Positions 1 through 8,297 of a stretch of 55,558 bases of DNA are shown piece by piece. This stretch comes from a virus. Lineage: Duplodnaviria > Caudoviricetes. The stretch is taken from positions 1-55,558 of IMG/VR virus record IMGVR_UViG_3300017912_004183; one strand, 5' to 3'. The notes below the pieces were generated by a model. The model had not been told where the DNA came from and searched no databases. It saw nothing but the letters and a program-made list of their open reading frames with translations. The translations under genes and the position numbers were made by a program. The stretch's first letter is position 1. Every line of letters begins with the position of its first letter.

Positions 1-499
1 CATGTTTATTAGCTGCAAATCCTGCGAGTTCAAGGTGCCCCATCGACACTTTGCAATCCGTCTTTTCAATGAGTTTAAAAGTACTTTCTTCATTTTCTGA
101 ATTGATCCAAGGGATAAACAAGACCTTAAGTTTATCAATTAATACTTCGGTTGCTTCAGAATATACATTTACATTATCATATTCACGAAGGAGAAGATCA
201 ACTGCATTCACATCATTTGTATTCTTATAGTAAGAATCATGATTGCCAACAATCAAGTGAACATTAATACCCCTCTCTTTAATCGGATCAAAGATGTTAT
301 CTTTTGCCCAAGATAGTGCCCCAAAATTGATCCCTGTGCGATTATCAAACGCATCGCCAAGATGCAAGATCGTATCTATACCTTCCTCATCTATGGTAGG
401 AAAAAATATATCGTTATAAAATCTTAAAAAGTAATCATGAAATAATTTAGAGTTTTTACGAGCACCATAGTGTGTGTCCGTAATGATTGCAACTTTCAT
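1..499 (-). CDS. gp47: Recombination endonuclease subunit (Mre11/SbcD-like), 3'-truncated by window edge
   Basis: Manual translation MKVAIITDTHYGARK...LHLGDAFDNR...IVGNHDSYYK...MGHLEL shows metallophosphoesterase motifs DxH, GD and GNHD. ATG overlaps the gp55 stop (TGATG). Missing from the ORF track because it is truncated. Confidence 0.93.
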   Translation of the reverse strand, partial: MKVAIITDTHYGARKNSKLFHDYFLRFYNDIFFPTIDEEGIDTILHLGDAFDNRTGINFGALSWAKDNIFDPIKERGINVHLIVGNHDSYYKNTNDVNAVDLLLREYDNVNVYSEATEVLIDKLKVLFIPWINSENEESTFKLIEKTDCKVSMGHLELAGFAANKH

Positions 500-1035
500 C
501 AGTGGCGAAGTTTTGAATGAACATTATCCTTAATAGAATTATAGTCAGAATAGTTAGATCCGTCAAGTGTGTTGCTATCATCAAACACTTCGCTATATCC
601 AGATTTCTCAATAATTTTATTTTTAATATCTAATTGACGCTTCTCTCTTTGAATACGACGAAGAAATGCGTAGTGGATGATTTGAGTAAAGTATGCAAAA
701 GGATTCTGAGATTTCTGTGGATCAAAATTGTGAATGTACTGAACACAATTCTCAATGCCATCAGAGATCATATCCTCCTTAAACATATAGTTTACAAAAT
801 TTGGTTTAAATGACAAATGATTTGCAATCTTAAGAAAACAGTCTCCAATGTATCTGGGTATGACTGGTTTCGTATCCCACCTCTTAGATCTATCTTCCTT
901 GGTTGGTTCTCTACCATACTTCTGAATAAAAGTTCTCTCAACTTCTGCTCTGTAATCAGACAGGGCTGCCAAGAACTCTTTATTATTTACATAGTGCTCT
1001 GATCTTTTTCTTTTTGCCACGGTATTACTCAACAT
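499..1035 (-). CDS. gp55: Late-transcription sigma factor
   Basis: HYVNNKEFL, NFVNYMFKEDMISDGIENC and NPFAYFTQIIHYAFLRRIQREK motifs; position next to gp47. Confidence 0.95.
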   Translation of the reverse strand: MLSNTVAKRKRSEHYVNNKEFLAALSDYRAEVERTFIQKYGREPTKEDRSKRWDTKPVIPRYIGDCFLKIANHLSFKPNFVNYMFKEDMISDGIENCVQYIHNFDPQKSQNPFAYFTQIIHYAFLRRIQREKRQLDIKNKIIEKSGYSEVFDDSNTLDGSNYSDYNSIKDNVHSKLRH

Positions 1036-1060
1036 AAAATACTCTCATAATTATGTAGTA

Positions 1061-1089
1061 ATTATATCACCGAATTCTAATCTTGACAA
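1061..1089 (-). promoter_or_regulatory. Sigma70-like promoter for gp55-gp47
   Basis: Minus strand reads TTGTCA-N17-TATAAT with an extended -10 (TGATATAAT), about 25 nt upstream of the gp55 ATG. Confidence 0.65.
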
Positions 1090-1094
1090 TCGAC

Positions 1095-1123
1095 TTGACA
1101 AAGAAGCAAAATGTAAGTAGGAT
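1095..1123 (+). promoter_or_regulatory. Divergent sigma70-like promoter pointing antisense into the uvsW operon
   Basis: TTGACA(1095-1100)-N17-TAGGAT(1118-1123); no credible plus-strand gene downstream. Confidence 0.5.
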
Positions 1124-1157
1124 AACTCTGTCAGGGTTGATAAGAATACTATAGATA

Positions 1158-1577
1158 CTAATCCAAATCAGTTTCAGACTCAGATTCTTTATTGAAGAGT
1201 TTTTCTAGAATCTCTTTTGCATCATGAATATTACTAATGTATCCCATTCTCTTAGTAATTTGTCCTGCTCCACCATTCTTTATTCTTTTATTACGATGGA
1301 TATATTCTTGATGTATTCTGATGATTTCAAGATCAAATGATTCTGACATTGTCAATACATCATCTAAACTTATGAAAAATAAATCATCCTTTGACATTTT
1401 GATCCAAGGTTCAATTTTATATCCAACAACATCAGACTTAATATGCACTTCTCCTATTACTACAGGATTAGATAATATTAAAAATATCTTTTCACTTTCT
1501 TCTGAAGCAGCAACTTTTGCAAATATTTCTTCTCCAGTTTTAAGTTTAAGAGTAGCATAAAAGTCTTCTTCTATCAC
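1158..1577 (-). CDS. Conserved cyanophage hypothetical protein (possible Sm-like fold)
   Basis: 139-aa ORF with FYATLKLKTGEEIFAKV...LSNPV...EPW; usual position between uvsW and gp55. Confidence 0.8.
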   Translation of the reverse strand: MIEEDFYATLKLKTGEEIFAKVAASEESEKIFLILSNPVVIGEVHIKSDVVGYKIEPWIKMSKDDLFFISLDDVLTMSESFDLEIIRIHQEYIHRNKRIKNGGAGQITKRMGYISNIHDAKEILEKLFNKESESETDLD

Positions 1578-3061
1578 ATGGAATCTCCTTTTCTAAGTTG
1601 AATTGTGACTATTTCATAATTAAATTTTTCTTCATTGTATATCTTAATTCTTTCGATTAAGTGATTCAATGTATAGTTATTTTTTGTACCTTTTCTTATA
1701 TCATCTCCAATATCATAGAGAATTGCTTTAGATTTATTATTCGATTTCCTCAGTACCCTACCAATAGATTGAAGGTTTCTGATTCTTGATTTGGACGGAG
1801 AAGCAAAAATAACATTATGGAGATTCTTTATATTATTGCCTGTTGAAAATGTTCCATAAGATGCTACAATAATAGCATTATTTTCTCTCTCAGCGATTTC
1901 ACGAACAAGCTCTCTTTCTTCAGTATTCACTCCACCATGAACAAAGAATACTTTATGACCATCTCGCTTATTACTATTTATCTTTTCGTAAAGTATTGCG
2001 CCATGACTTTCTACTCTTTGAAAAAGAACAAGTGTATTTCCTTTCAAGTCTAAAGTGAGATTTTTTATAAAGTTGTTTCTCTGTTCATGAGAAATAAGAT
2101 ATTGAATTTCATCTTCATATGTATTAAAGTTTTGCCCATCATGTTTTAGAACAAGACATTGGATATCAAGTTGAGCAAGATGCCCCTTTCTCATTAACTC
2201 CTCAGTTTTAGTTACCTTATATGATGGTCCAAACAATCCCTCTAAGACCCACTTATGCGTCTGTGTGCCGTCTAAAGTACCCGTGAACCCAAATCTATAC
2301 TTAGCATGATGTAATTTGGTCATGATTTGAATCAATGACTTACTCTTGAATAAATGAGCTTCATCACCTATAATTACATTGAAGTCCTCAAAGAAGGATC
2401 TATCTAACTTATAAATGGATTGCCATGTTGTGATTGTGACGGGCATATCATTACTTTTTTCTCTGCCAGAATATATCTTATGACAATATGACTCTGAATC
2501 CCATCCATAATCCTCAAAATCCTTATATAACTGCTCTACTAAAGATGTCGTTGGTAGAACTAGCAATATTTTTTCGCCTTGAGAATGATAATATCTCACG
2601 ATTGAATAAATCATCAGAGATTTTCCAGAAGCAGTTGGGCTTATCAATAATTTCCTGTTATGTTTTAGCGCACCATATACTCCCTCGATCTGGTACTTCC
2701 TTGGACTATAACGAGTAATCGCTTCCATATATCCTTTGACACCCTCATATGTAATATCTTCATTCTCTTCATAGGGAGTACCATAGAACTTATTGTCTTC
2801 AAATTTATAGGTGTAATTATAATTTTCACAAAATTGCACAATCTTATCTAACAGACCAACATAGATCTGCTTTGATCTCATATCAAATAAATGTATTTCT
2901 CCATTCCAATTTTTGCCACGATACTGTGGCATGAACTTTGCATTTGGAACTTCAAAAGTAAAATGATCTCTTAGTTCGTATTCAATATGAGGTTCTGTTT
3001 TAACTTTTAAAAATACTTCGTTGGATTTGGATATAATAAGATTTGCTGTCGTGTCAACCAC
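1574..3061 (-). CDS. uvsW: UvsW SF2 DNA/RNA-DNA helicase
   Basis: Walker A SPTASGKS, DEAH, TGT and QSIGRVLR motifs; N-terminal FMPQYRGKNWNGEIHLF. Confidence 0.96.
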   Translation of the reverse strand: MVDTTANLIISKSNEVFLKVKTEPHIEYELRDHFTFEVPNAKFMPQYRGKNWNGEIHLFDMRSKQIYVGLLDKIVQFCENYNYTYKFEDNKFYGTPYEENEDITYEGVKGYMEAITRYSPRKYQIEGVYGALKHNRKLLISPTASGKSLMIYSIVRYYHSQGEKILLVLPTTSLVEQLYKDFEDYGWDSESYCHKIYSGREKSNDMPVTITTWQSIYKLDRSFFEDFNVIIGDEAHLFKSKSLIQIMTKLHHAKYRFGFTGTLDGTQTHKWVLEGLFGPSYKVTKTEELMRKGHLAQLDIQCLVLKHDGQNFNTYEDEIQYLISHEQRNNFIKNLTLDLKGNTLVLFQRVESHGAILYEKINSNKRDGHKVFFVHGGVNTEERELVREIAERENNAIIVASYGTFSTGNNIKNLHNVIFASPSKSRIRNLQSIGRVLRKSNNKSKAILYDIGDDIRKGTKNNYTLNHLIERIKIYNEEKFNYEIVTIQLRKGDSM

Positions 3062-3088
3062 ATGAGTCCAATCATCTGTTAATATTTA

Positions 3089-3301
3089 TCACATCTCGTG
3101 GAACTTATGATCAAGAATACAGCGATATAAATTATCTCTTAAATCCCAAAGAGCTTGCTGCTCTTCTACTGGGCGAGCAGGGGCACCAGGCCAATTCTTA
3201 ATTGTTTCCTTAACACAGTGGTACATTAAATATATGTCATCTATACCAACTTCTAATTGATATCCTGCTTCAAATTCTTCCTCAAAAAATTCTTCGTCCA
3301 T
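3089..3301 (-). CDS. Small acidic hypothetical protein
   Basis: 70-aa ORF coupled to the uvsY stop (TAATG); contains WPGAPARPVEEQ. Confidence 0.7.
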   Translation of the reverse strand: MDEEFFEEEFEAGYQLEVGIDDIYLMYHCVKETIKNWPGAPARPVEEQQALWDLRDNLYRCILDHKFHEM

Positions 3302-3783
3302 TATCCCAATCCTGAATTGAACTTCATAAAATCAATTGCAGCTCGAATCTGATAAGATCTATTAGCAATCATTTTATTCAGTATATTATCTATATAATCT
3401 AAAATTATGTCATAGTACTTGATTTTTAACGAAAATCTTGAGAGTTCCTTATCTGCATCCAAATACTTTTGCATAGTTTCCTTATCCCTAATCTTTTTGG
3501 GAAACGGATCTTGGTTATATATTTCTGGATCTGCTTTACCCGAATAATATTCATATCTTTCGTGTCTAATATTCTTTCTTGTATGCTCTGCTCTCTCTTT
3601 TAGCAATTTCGTCATATTATATAAGTCATAATATTTGGCATGGAGCCTAGGTATATTTATAGATTCTTGATGAAGATTATCCATATCAAGTTCAGAATCC
3701 TTTTCCCACATATCTTGAACTACTTTAAGATTGATCGCACCACGGTCAACCTTAATCACAATGTCATCTTCAAATCCAGTCAT
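3301..3783 (-). CDS. uvsY: UvsY recombination mediator
   Basis: MWEKDS..D.DNLHQES..IP.LHAKY, YYSGKA.PE.Y and RSYQIRAAIDFMKF motifs; synteny. Confidence 0.92.
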   Translation of the reverse strand: MTGFEDDIVIKVDRGAINLKVVQDMWEKDSELDMDNLHQESINIPRLHAKYYDLYNMTKLLKERAEHTRKNIRHERYEYYSGKADPEIYNQDPFPKKIRDKETMQKYLDADKELSRFSLKIKYYDIILDYIDNILNKMIANRSYQIRAAIDFMKFNSGLG

Positions 3784-4328
3784 AGTGGTTTTCCTTGAGC
3801 ATCAAGTATATTATACATAGTATACTTGAAACTGACCTCAGATGTAAAGTACTCGATACTGGTGTCGGTTGCATCAAAATCTAGAGTTGTCAAGCTATAG
3901 GGAAATAAATCTTTAAAACTAATTTCAAATTTTGGTATGTAGTTACTGCTCAATACCTGCAGCGTACCATCAGAGTAAATATCTTGCCCATCAGTACTAA
4001 TTGGATAATTGGGGTCATTTTCTAGATCAGAAAATTGCATAGAATTTTCCGGAAATCCAAGTCCTCTTATCCATTTTTGTATTTCCAAATAATTTGTTAG
4101 ATCTTCATCTACTAAAAATCTTATTTTTAAATCGCCAAACTCTATAATCTCACCTGGTTGTGGGATTGGTCTGTAGTAGTTTGGTTGAACTGTCATTCCT
4201 AAAGTTAAATCAGGTATATTTGCTTTATTGCAAAAGAATGATGCTTTAGGACTTCTATTGATAAGAAATTTAAATCCTACAGGAGCAAGAAAATTTCTAT
4301 TATCAATTTGTTTTGAAAAATCGGACAT
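3780..4328 (-). CDS. gp3: Tail tube terminator / tail completion protein
   Basis: NRNFLAPVGFKF, FLVDEDLTNYLEIQKW and FKDLFPYSL motifs; downstream of gp23. Confidence 0.9.
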   Translation of the reverse strand: MSDFSKQIDNRNFLAPVGFKFLINRSPKASFFCNKANIPDLTLGMTVQPNYYRPIPQPGEIIEFGDLKIRFLVDEDLTNYLEIQKWIRGLGFPENSMQFSDLENDPNYPISTDGQDIYSDGTLQVLSSNYIPKFEISFKDLFPYSLTTLDFDATDTSIEYFTSEVSFKYTMYNILDAQGKPL

Positions 4329-4346
4329 TTTATTGATTATTTAGAT

Positions 4347-4374
4347 AAAAAAAGAGGGTCTCGATGAGACCCTC
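4347..4374 (-). terminator. Rho-independent terminator after gp23
   Basis: Perfect 9-bp stem GAGGGTCTC/GAGACCCTC with a 3-nt loop, followed by T7 on the minus strand. Confidence 0.9.
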
Positions 4375-4406
4375 AAACACTTCCTTCACACGGAACCTAT
4401 ATTATA

Positions 4407-5882
4407 TCACATAAGGTTCTTAACCATTACACGTCTGTAGTAACGGTTGGAGTTCATTGTCAGTCTTCCAAGACCTTGAGCACCGTTAGCGGTGTCTGGA
4501 CCTTCAGCGAATGGGTTAGCTACCAGACCGTAACGGGTCTTAAAGCCGATCTTAGGCTGGAAGGTGTTCTCTCCAACTGCACGTACCATCTGCAGAGGTA
4601 CATATGGGCAGTAGAACATGCCAGCGTCATAAGGTGAAGAACCCTTATAACCCATGACATAGTACTGAGCACCATTGGATCCTGGGTTTGAACCACCTGA
4701 ATAAGGATCGATGTATACACGATACTTGCCTTGCAGTGTGCCTGCGAAGGTGTTGCCGGTGTCATCAACGTTCAGGTTTGCATTCAGAGCAGGGGTGTAG
4801 TCGAGTACACCAGCCATGGTCAGTGCAGAAGCAACGTCTGCTGAGCACATGACGATGTTGCCCTTTCCACGACGTGTTCTTTGTGCGATTGCGTTTGCAT
4901 CACGCTCCATCTGGAACAGAAGACCTTTGAACTTCTCAACAGACCAACGACCGTTGGAGTCAACATCGAGGTCAAACAGACCAGCGGTTGCAACATTGTG
5001 CTGTGCGCCAGGTTCAGCAACCTTGTACAGAGTTCTGATGACTTCACGGTTGATTTCAGACAGAATCTCAGTTGACAGAATGTTTGCCAACTCAGCTTCT
5101 GCATTCAGACCATGAATCGCCTTCAGATCCTGTGCAAGCTCAAGGCTGTATTCTGCCTTCAGTGCTCTGGACTTAGCGGTTACAGTGACCTTCTCGATTG
5201 AGAATGCCATCTGGTTGAAGTGATCGCCCGCTGCGCTTCCGAGTGCCTCAGAATCTGCAGTTTGCATACCCTGACCAACTTTATACTGAATCTGCTGTGC
5301 ATTTTGTGCAGCTTCATCAGCGCCAATTGGGTTCAGGACGTTGGGGTTAGATCCTGCTTGTGCAGCAGCACCAAAACCAGCAGCAGCACCACTGGAACCA
5401 TCAACATAGTTACCTTGGGTGATGTCGCCACCAGCATCTTGTCCAGAGAATGCTGAATCGACTTCGTCGAAGAATGTTTCCGCTCCAGCCTGATTTTCGT
5501 AGCGTGAACGCATTGCGAAGATCAGTCCAGTAGGACCATTCATTGGTTGAACGCCTGCGAGGTCATAAGCGACCAGGTTAGGCATAGAGCGTCTGATCAG
5601 GGAGATCAGAACTGGGTCGAAACCTGCAACAGGACCTGCTGCTGCAGCAGTACCTGAGAAACCAGCAGGTGAACCAGATGCACCGCTATTGGTGTGCATG
5701 TTTGGTGTTTCTGTAAGCATTGTAGTGCCATTTTCAAATGCACTTTGCTCACGGAGGAATTTTTCTTGATTTTCAAGCAGGACGGCAGTAACTGCCTTAC
5801 GGTGGGAATCCTTGATAGGATCAAGACCCTCATAGTTGAGGAGAGGTGCCCACTTTTCCTGCAGATGCTCTGAGTGGAACAT
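4407..5882 (-). CDS. gp23: Major capsid protein
   Basis: KWAPLL, GVQPMNGPTGLIFAMRSRY, KSRALKAEYSLELAQDLKAIHGL and FQPKIGFKTRYG motifs. Confidence 0.99.
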   Translation of the reverse strand: MFHSEHLQEKWAPLLNYEGLDPIKDSHRKAVTAVLLENQEKFLREQSAFENGTTMLTETPNMHTNSGASGSPAGFSGTAAAAGPVAGFDPVLISLIRRSMPNLVAYDLAGVQPMNGPTGLIFAMRSRYENQAGAETFFDEVDSAFSGQDAGGDITQGNYVDGSSGAAAGFGAAAQAGSNPNVLNPIGADEAAQNAQQIQYKVGQGMQTADSEALGSAAGDHFNQMAFSIEKVTVTAKSRALKAEYSLELAQDLKAIHGLNAEAELANILSTEILSEINREVIRTLYKVAEPGAQHNVATAGLFDLDVDSNGRWSVEKFKGLLFQMERDANAIAQRTRRGKGNIVMCSADVASALTMAGVLDYTPALNANLNVDDTGNTFAGTLQGKYRVYIDPYSGGSNPGSNGAQYYVMGYKGSSPYDAGMFYCPYVPLQMVRAVGENTFQPKIGFKTRYGLVANPFAEGPDTANGAQGLGRLTMNSNRYYRRVMVKNLM

Positions 5883-5934
5883 TTGCGTTTACCTTTGTGT
5901 GACGTTTACGGTTTGATTAATAAATCAGTTTCAG

Positions 5935-7128
5935 TTATTTAACTGTGCTTCCCAGTGCTCTAACATAAGCATTCATCGATCCAGTATATTGCTGGTGATC
6001 ATTGCTTACGCCTTCAGACAGGGTTTCAGTTGTTGCAGCTGTAGACTGTTTCTTAGGTGCAAAATATGCTTCCTTTAAAGTCTCCAACTTTTCACGATAT
6101 TGGGTTTCACTTTCAAACTCTACACTTTCGGCAAGTGAGGCGAGCTTCTCTTTCTGTGTCTGTGCAAGACCTTCAGAGACTTGATCTACGATTCCATCAG
6201 CAACAGACTCGGAGAGACGTGCATTCAGGGAAACGTTTTTCTCAATCTGCTCGTTGAGTTTACTTTCCATTTCATCAAGTTTATTTGTCATGCTATGGAG
6301 AACATCATATTTATCTTCAGGAATTTCTACATAATGTGCTTCAAAAAGATCCTTCATGCCTGAGAGGAAACTCTCAGTCATGTCAATCTTCAGACCTTTT
6401 TCGATACTGATCATGTTCTCAGTGAACCACTCATCAGCAACGTACTCAAGGTAGGAGTCCACTCTTTCAGTGAGCGCACTCTTCATTTCTGCAACTTCTT
6501 CTTCAAATGCTTCCTCGTACTTCTGAGTCAGCTGCTCATTCAGTTGATCGAGCTTAGAGTTGATTGCAGATTCAAAAATTGTTTTTGCTTTATCTTGGAA
6601 TTCTTCTGAGAGTTCCTCACCTTCAAATAATGCATTGACATCTTCTTCAATGCTATATTCGACAGTGATTTGCTCTTCTTCGGAAACTTCTTCGCCTTCC
6701 TCTTCAGATTCTTCTGAGCAAGACTTTTTCTTTCCTTTCTTGCCATATGCCTCTTCTACTTCATCTTCGGCAACAACTTCGGTCTCCAGTTCAGATTCCT
6801 CTACTGCTACTTCTGACTCTTCAGATTCGACTTCTTCTGGCAAAGCATTTTTCTTATCCAAGGTTGGCATTGGGTCAGCAGCCTTTGCTCCCCTTGTGAT
6901 TATATCCTTCACCTGTTTCAAGGTAGCTGAAGGATCCTTGAACTTGGCGGAATCATCGTCGGGCTTATAGTTCTCGGGGGTGGGACCGCCGAGATCTTCA
7001 ATAGCACCTAGTTGAGTTCCTGGGTCAGCCATTTTTGGCATTGGTTCAGCAGGTTTTGCACCAGCATTTACAGCAGTTTTGGACTGCTTTGTGCTTACTT
7101 CCATTTCTTGTAGATCTCCACTGGACAT
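5935..7128 (-). CDS. gp22: Prohead core scaffolding protein
   Basis: Acidic coiled-coil; EDLGGPTPENYKPDDDSAK, VDSYLEYV and LFEAHYV motifs; upstream of gp23. Confidence 0.93.
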   Translation of the reverse strand: MSSGDLQEMEVSTKQSKTAVNAGAKPAEPMPKMADPGTQLGAIEDLGGPTPENYKPDDDSAKFKDPSATLKQVKDIITRGAKAADPMPTLDKKNALPEEVESEESEVAVEESELETEVVAEDEVEEAYGKKGKKKSCSEESEEEGEEVSEEEQITVEYSIEEDVNALFEGEELSEEFQDKAKTIFESAINSKLDQLNEQLTQKYEEAFEEEVAEMKSALTERVDSYLEYVADEWFTENMISIEKGLKIDMTESFLSGMKDLFEAHYVEIPEDKYDVLHSMTNKLDEMESKLNEQIEKNVSLNARLSESVADGIVDQVSEGLAQTQKEKLASLAESVEFESETQYREKLETLKEAYFAPKKQSTAATTETLSEGVSNDHQQYTGSMNAYVRALGSTVK

Positions 7129-7177
7129 GTTTATTCTCCCAATTTAACCTTTGAATAATCTATATTTATTTAGTAAT

Positions 7178-7828
7178 TTAAAGTTTTGATATAAAATCTT
7201 CGAAAAGACCTAATTTATATTCGTCAAGCAATCTTTGATCGACTAAAGTATTAATTTTCTTTTTTTTTTTTTTTTCAAGTTGCTCCCTAAGGATACCACC
7301 TTCCCAAACCCATTCTCTTCCTTCAATGATGCCATTAACGAAAGCATCTGGCGCAGAAGGATCGGCAACAATATCGGCAGCTGTTGCTAACTGAAAATCT
7401 TCACCAACTTCTTTATACCCATCCTTTGTTTCTCTTAACGAACCAATACCACGAGAAGAGACGCCAAGAGTAACACCATCTTTCAGTAAAGATTCTGCAA
7501 TTTTCCCCATTGGTGTAGAGAGGATTTGTGCTTTTCCAATAAAATTGTTACCTTCTCTATGTAGACCTACAATTTTATGAGAAACTCTATCGAGGTTGAT
7601 AGTTGGACCATCTGGATGACCCAACTCACCTAAAGCACGACCTTTATTAATGTAAGATTCAGTGTACCTACCAACCTCTGGTTCCATTACACTCATTCTA
7701 TACATTCTACCATTTCTATTCTTCATCTCTGTTTGAAGAAATGGTCCTTGAATAAAGAGTGTTTTTTTGCCATTTACATTCTCAGTAATGACTTCTATGT
7801 TCTCTATCTCTTCTCTGATTAGTTTCAT
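7178..7828 (-). CDS. gp21: Prohead core protease
   Basis: NRNGRMY, ALGELGHPDGPTINLDRVSH, GVSSRGIGS and DIVADPSAPDAFV motifs. Confidence 0.96.
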   Translation of the reverse strand: MKLIREEIENIEVITENVNGKKTLFIQGPFLQTEMKNRNGRMYRMSVMEPEVGRYTESYINKGRALGELGHPDGPTINLDRVSHKIVGLHREGNNFIGKAQILSTPMGKIAESLLKDGVTLGVSSRGIGSLRETKDGYKEVGEDFQLATAADIVADPSAPDAFVNGIIEGREWVWEGGILREQLEKKKKKKINTLVDQRLLDEYKLGLFEDFISKL

Positions 7829-7832
7829 TTTC

Positions 7833-8093
7833 TTAGTTTGTAAATCCTACTTTTGCTCCTCTCAATGATGCACTGCACCAAATGGTGAATGTTGGTTTCT
7901 TTTCAATAAGCTCAACAGTATTTGCCATGATAGTAATAGATACAGATTCTGCATCATCATTAATCATTGTCAAAGTTTCTGCTGAAGCGGTAGCATTCAC
8001 CACCCTAACAACAGTAGCGGAATCAAAAGTACTGGCAGAAGTGCTTAGTGTTGGAATTGGAGATTCATCCCCAATCATTAAAGTTCTATTCAT
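7833..8093 (-). CDS. Small beta-rich hypothetical (probably virion) protein
   Basis: ORF-track 88-aa ORF; ATG at 8093 (MNRTL) preferred; ends GAKVGFTN. Confidence 0.75.
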   Translation of the reverse strand: MNRTLMIGDESPIPTLSTSASTFDSATVVRVVNATASAETLTMINDDAESVSITIMANTVELIEKKPTFTIWCSASLRGAKVGFTN

Positions 8094-8259
8094 CCCCAAT
8101 CTCCTCCTCTTGTCCTTCTAAATCAAAAGCAGTTTTTGCTACCATTGGTTGAAATGCGTCAACCCTTTGAGTTGCTTTTTGGAATAAAAGCTCTTTAATA
8201 GAATCGCTCACTTGGGAGGGTGACTCATCCCGTGAAATCATATCTAATAGCTCATCCAT
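8086..8259 (-). CDS. Small acidic prohead-core-like protein (57 aa; gp67-like position)
   Basis: Manual translation MDELLDMISRDESPSQVSDSIKELLFQKATQRVDAFQPMVAKTAFDLEGQEEEIGDE; TATAAATA late promoter at 8290-8297; below the ORF-track length cut-off. Confidence 0.75.
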   Translation of the reverse strand: MDELLDMISRDESPSQVSDSIKELLFQKATQRVDAFQPMVAKTAFDLEGQEEEIGDE

Positions 8260-8289
8260 AGTTATAAAATATTAAAGTTTACTAACAGT

Positions 8290-8297
8290 TATTTATA
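8290..8297 (-). promoter_or_regulatory. T4-type late promoter TATAAATA
   Basis: Exact T4 late consensus overlapping the gp20 stop codon. Related (A/C/T)TAAATA boxes lie at 3083, 4338, 7163, 10023, 12922, 16518, 17959, 20256, 29328, 32897, 35400, 36128, 50318 and 50501, each just upstream of a gene start. Confidence 0.85.
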
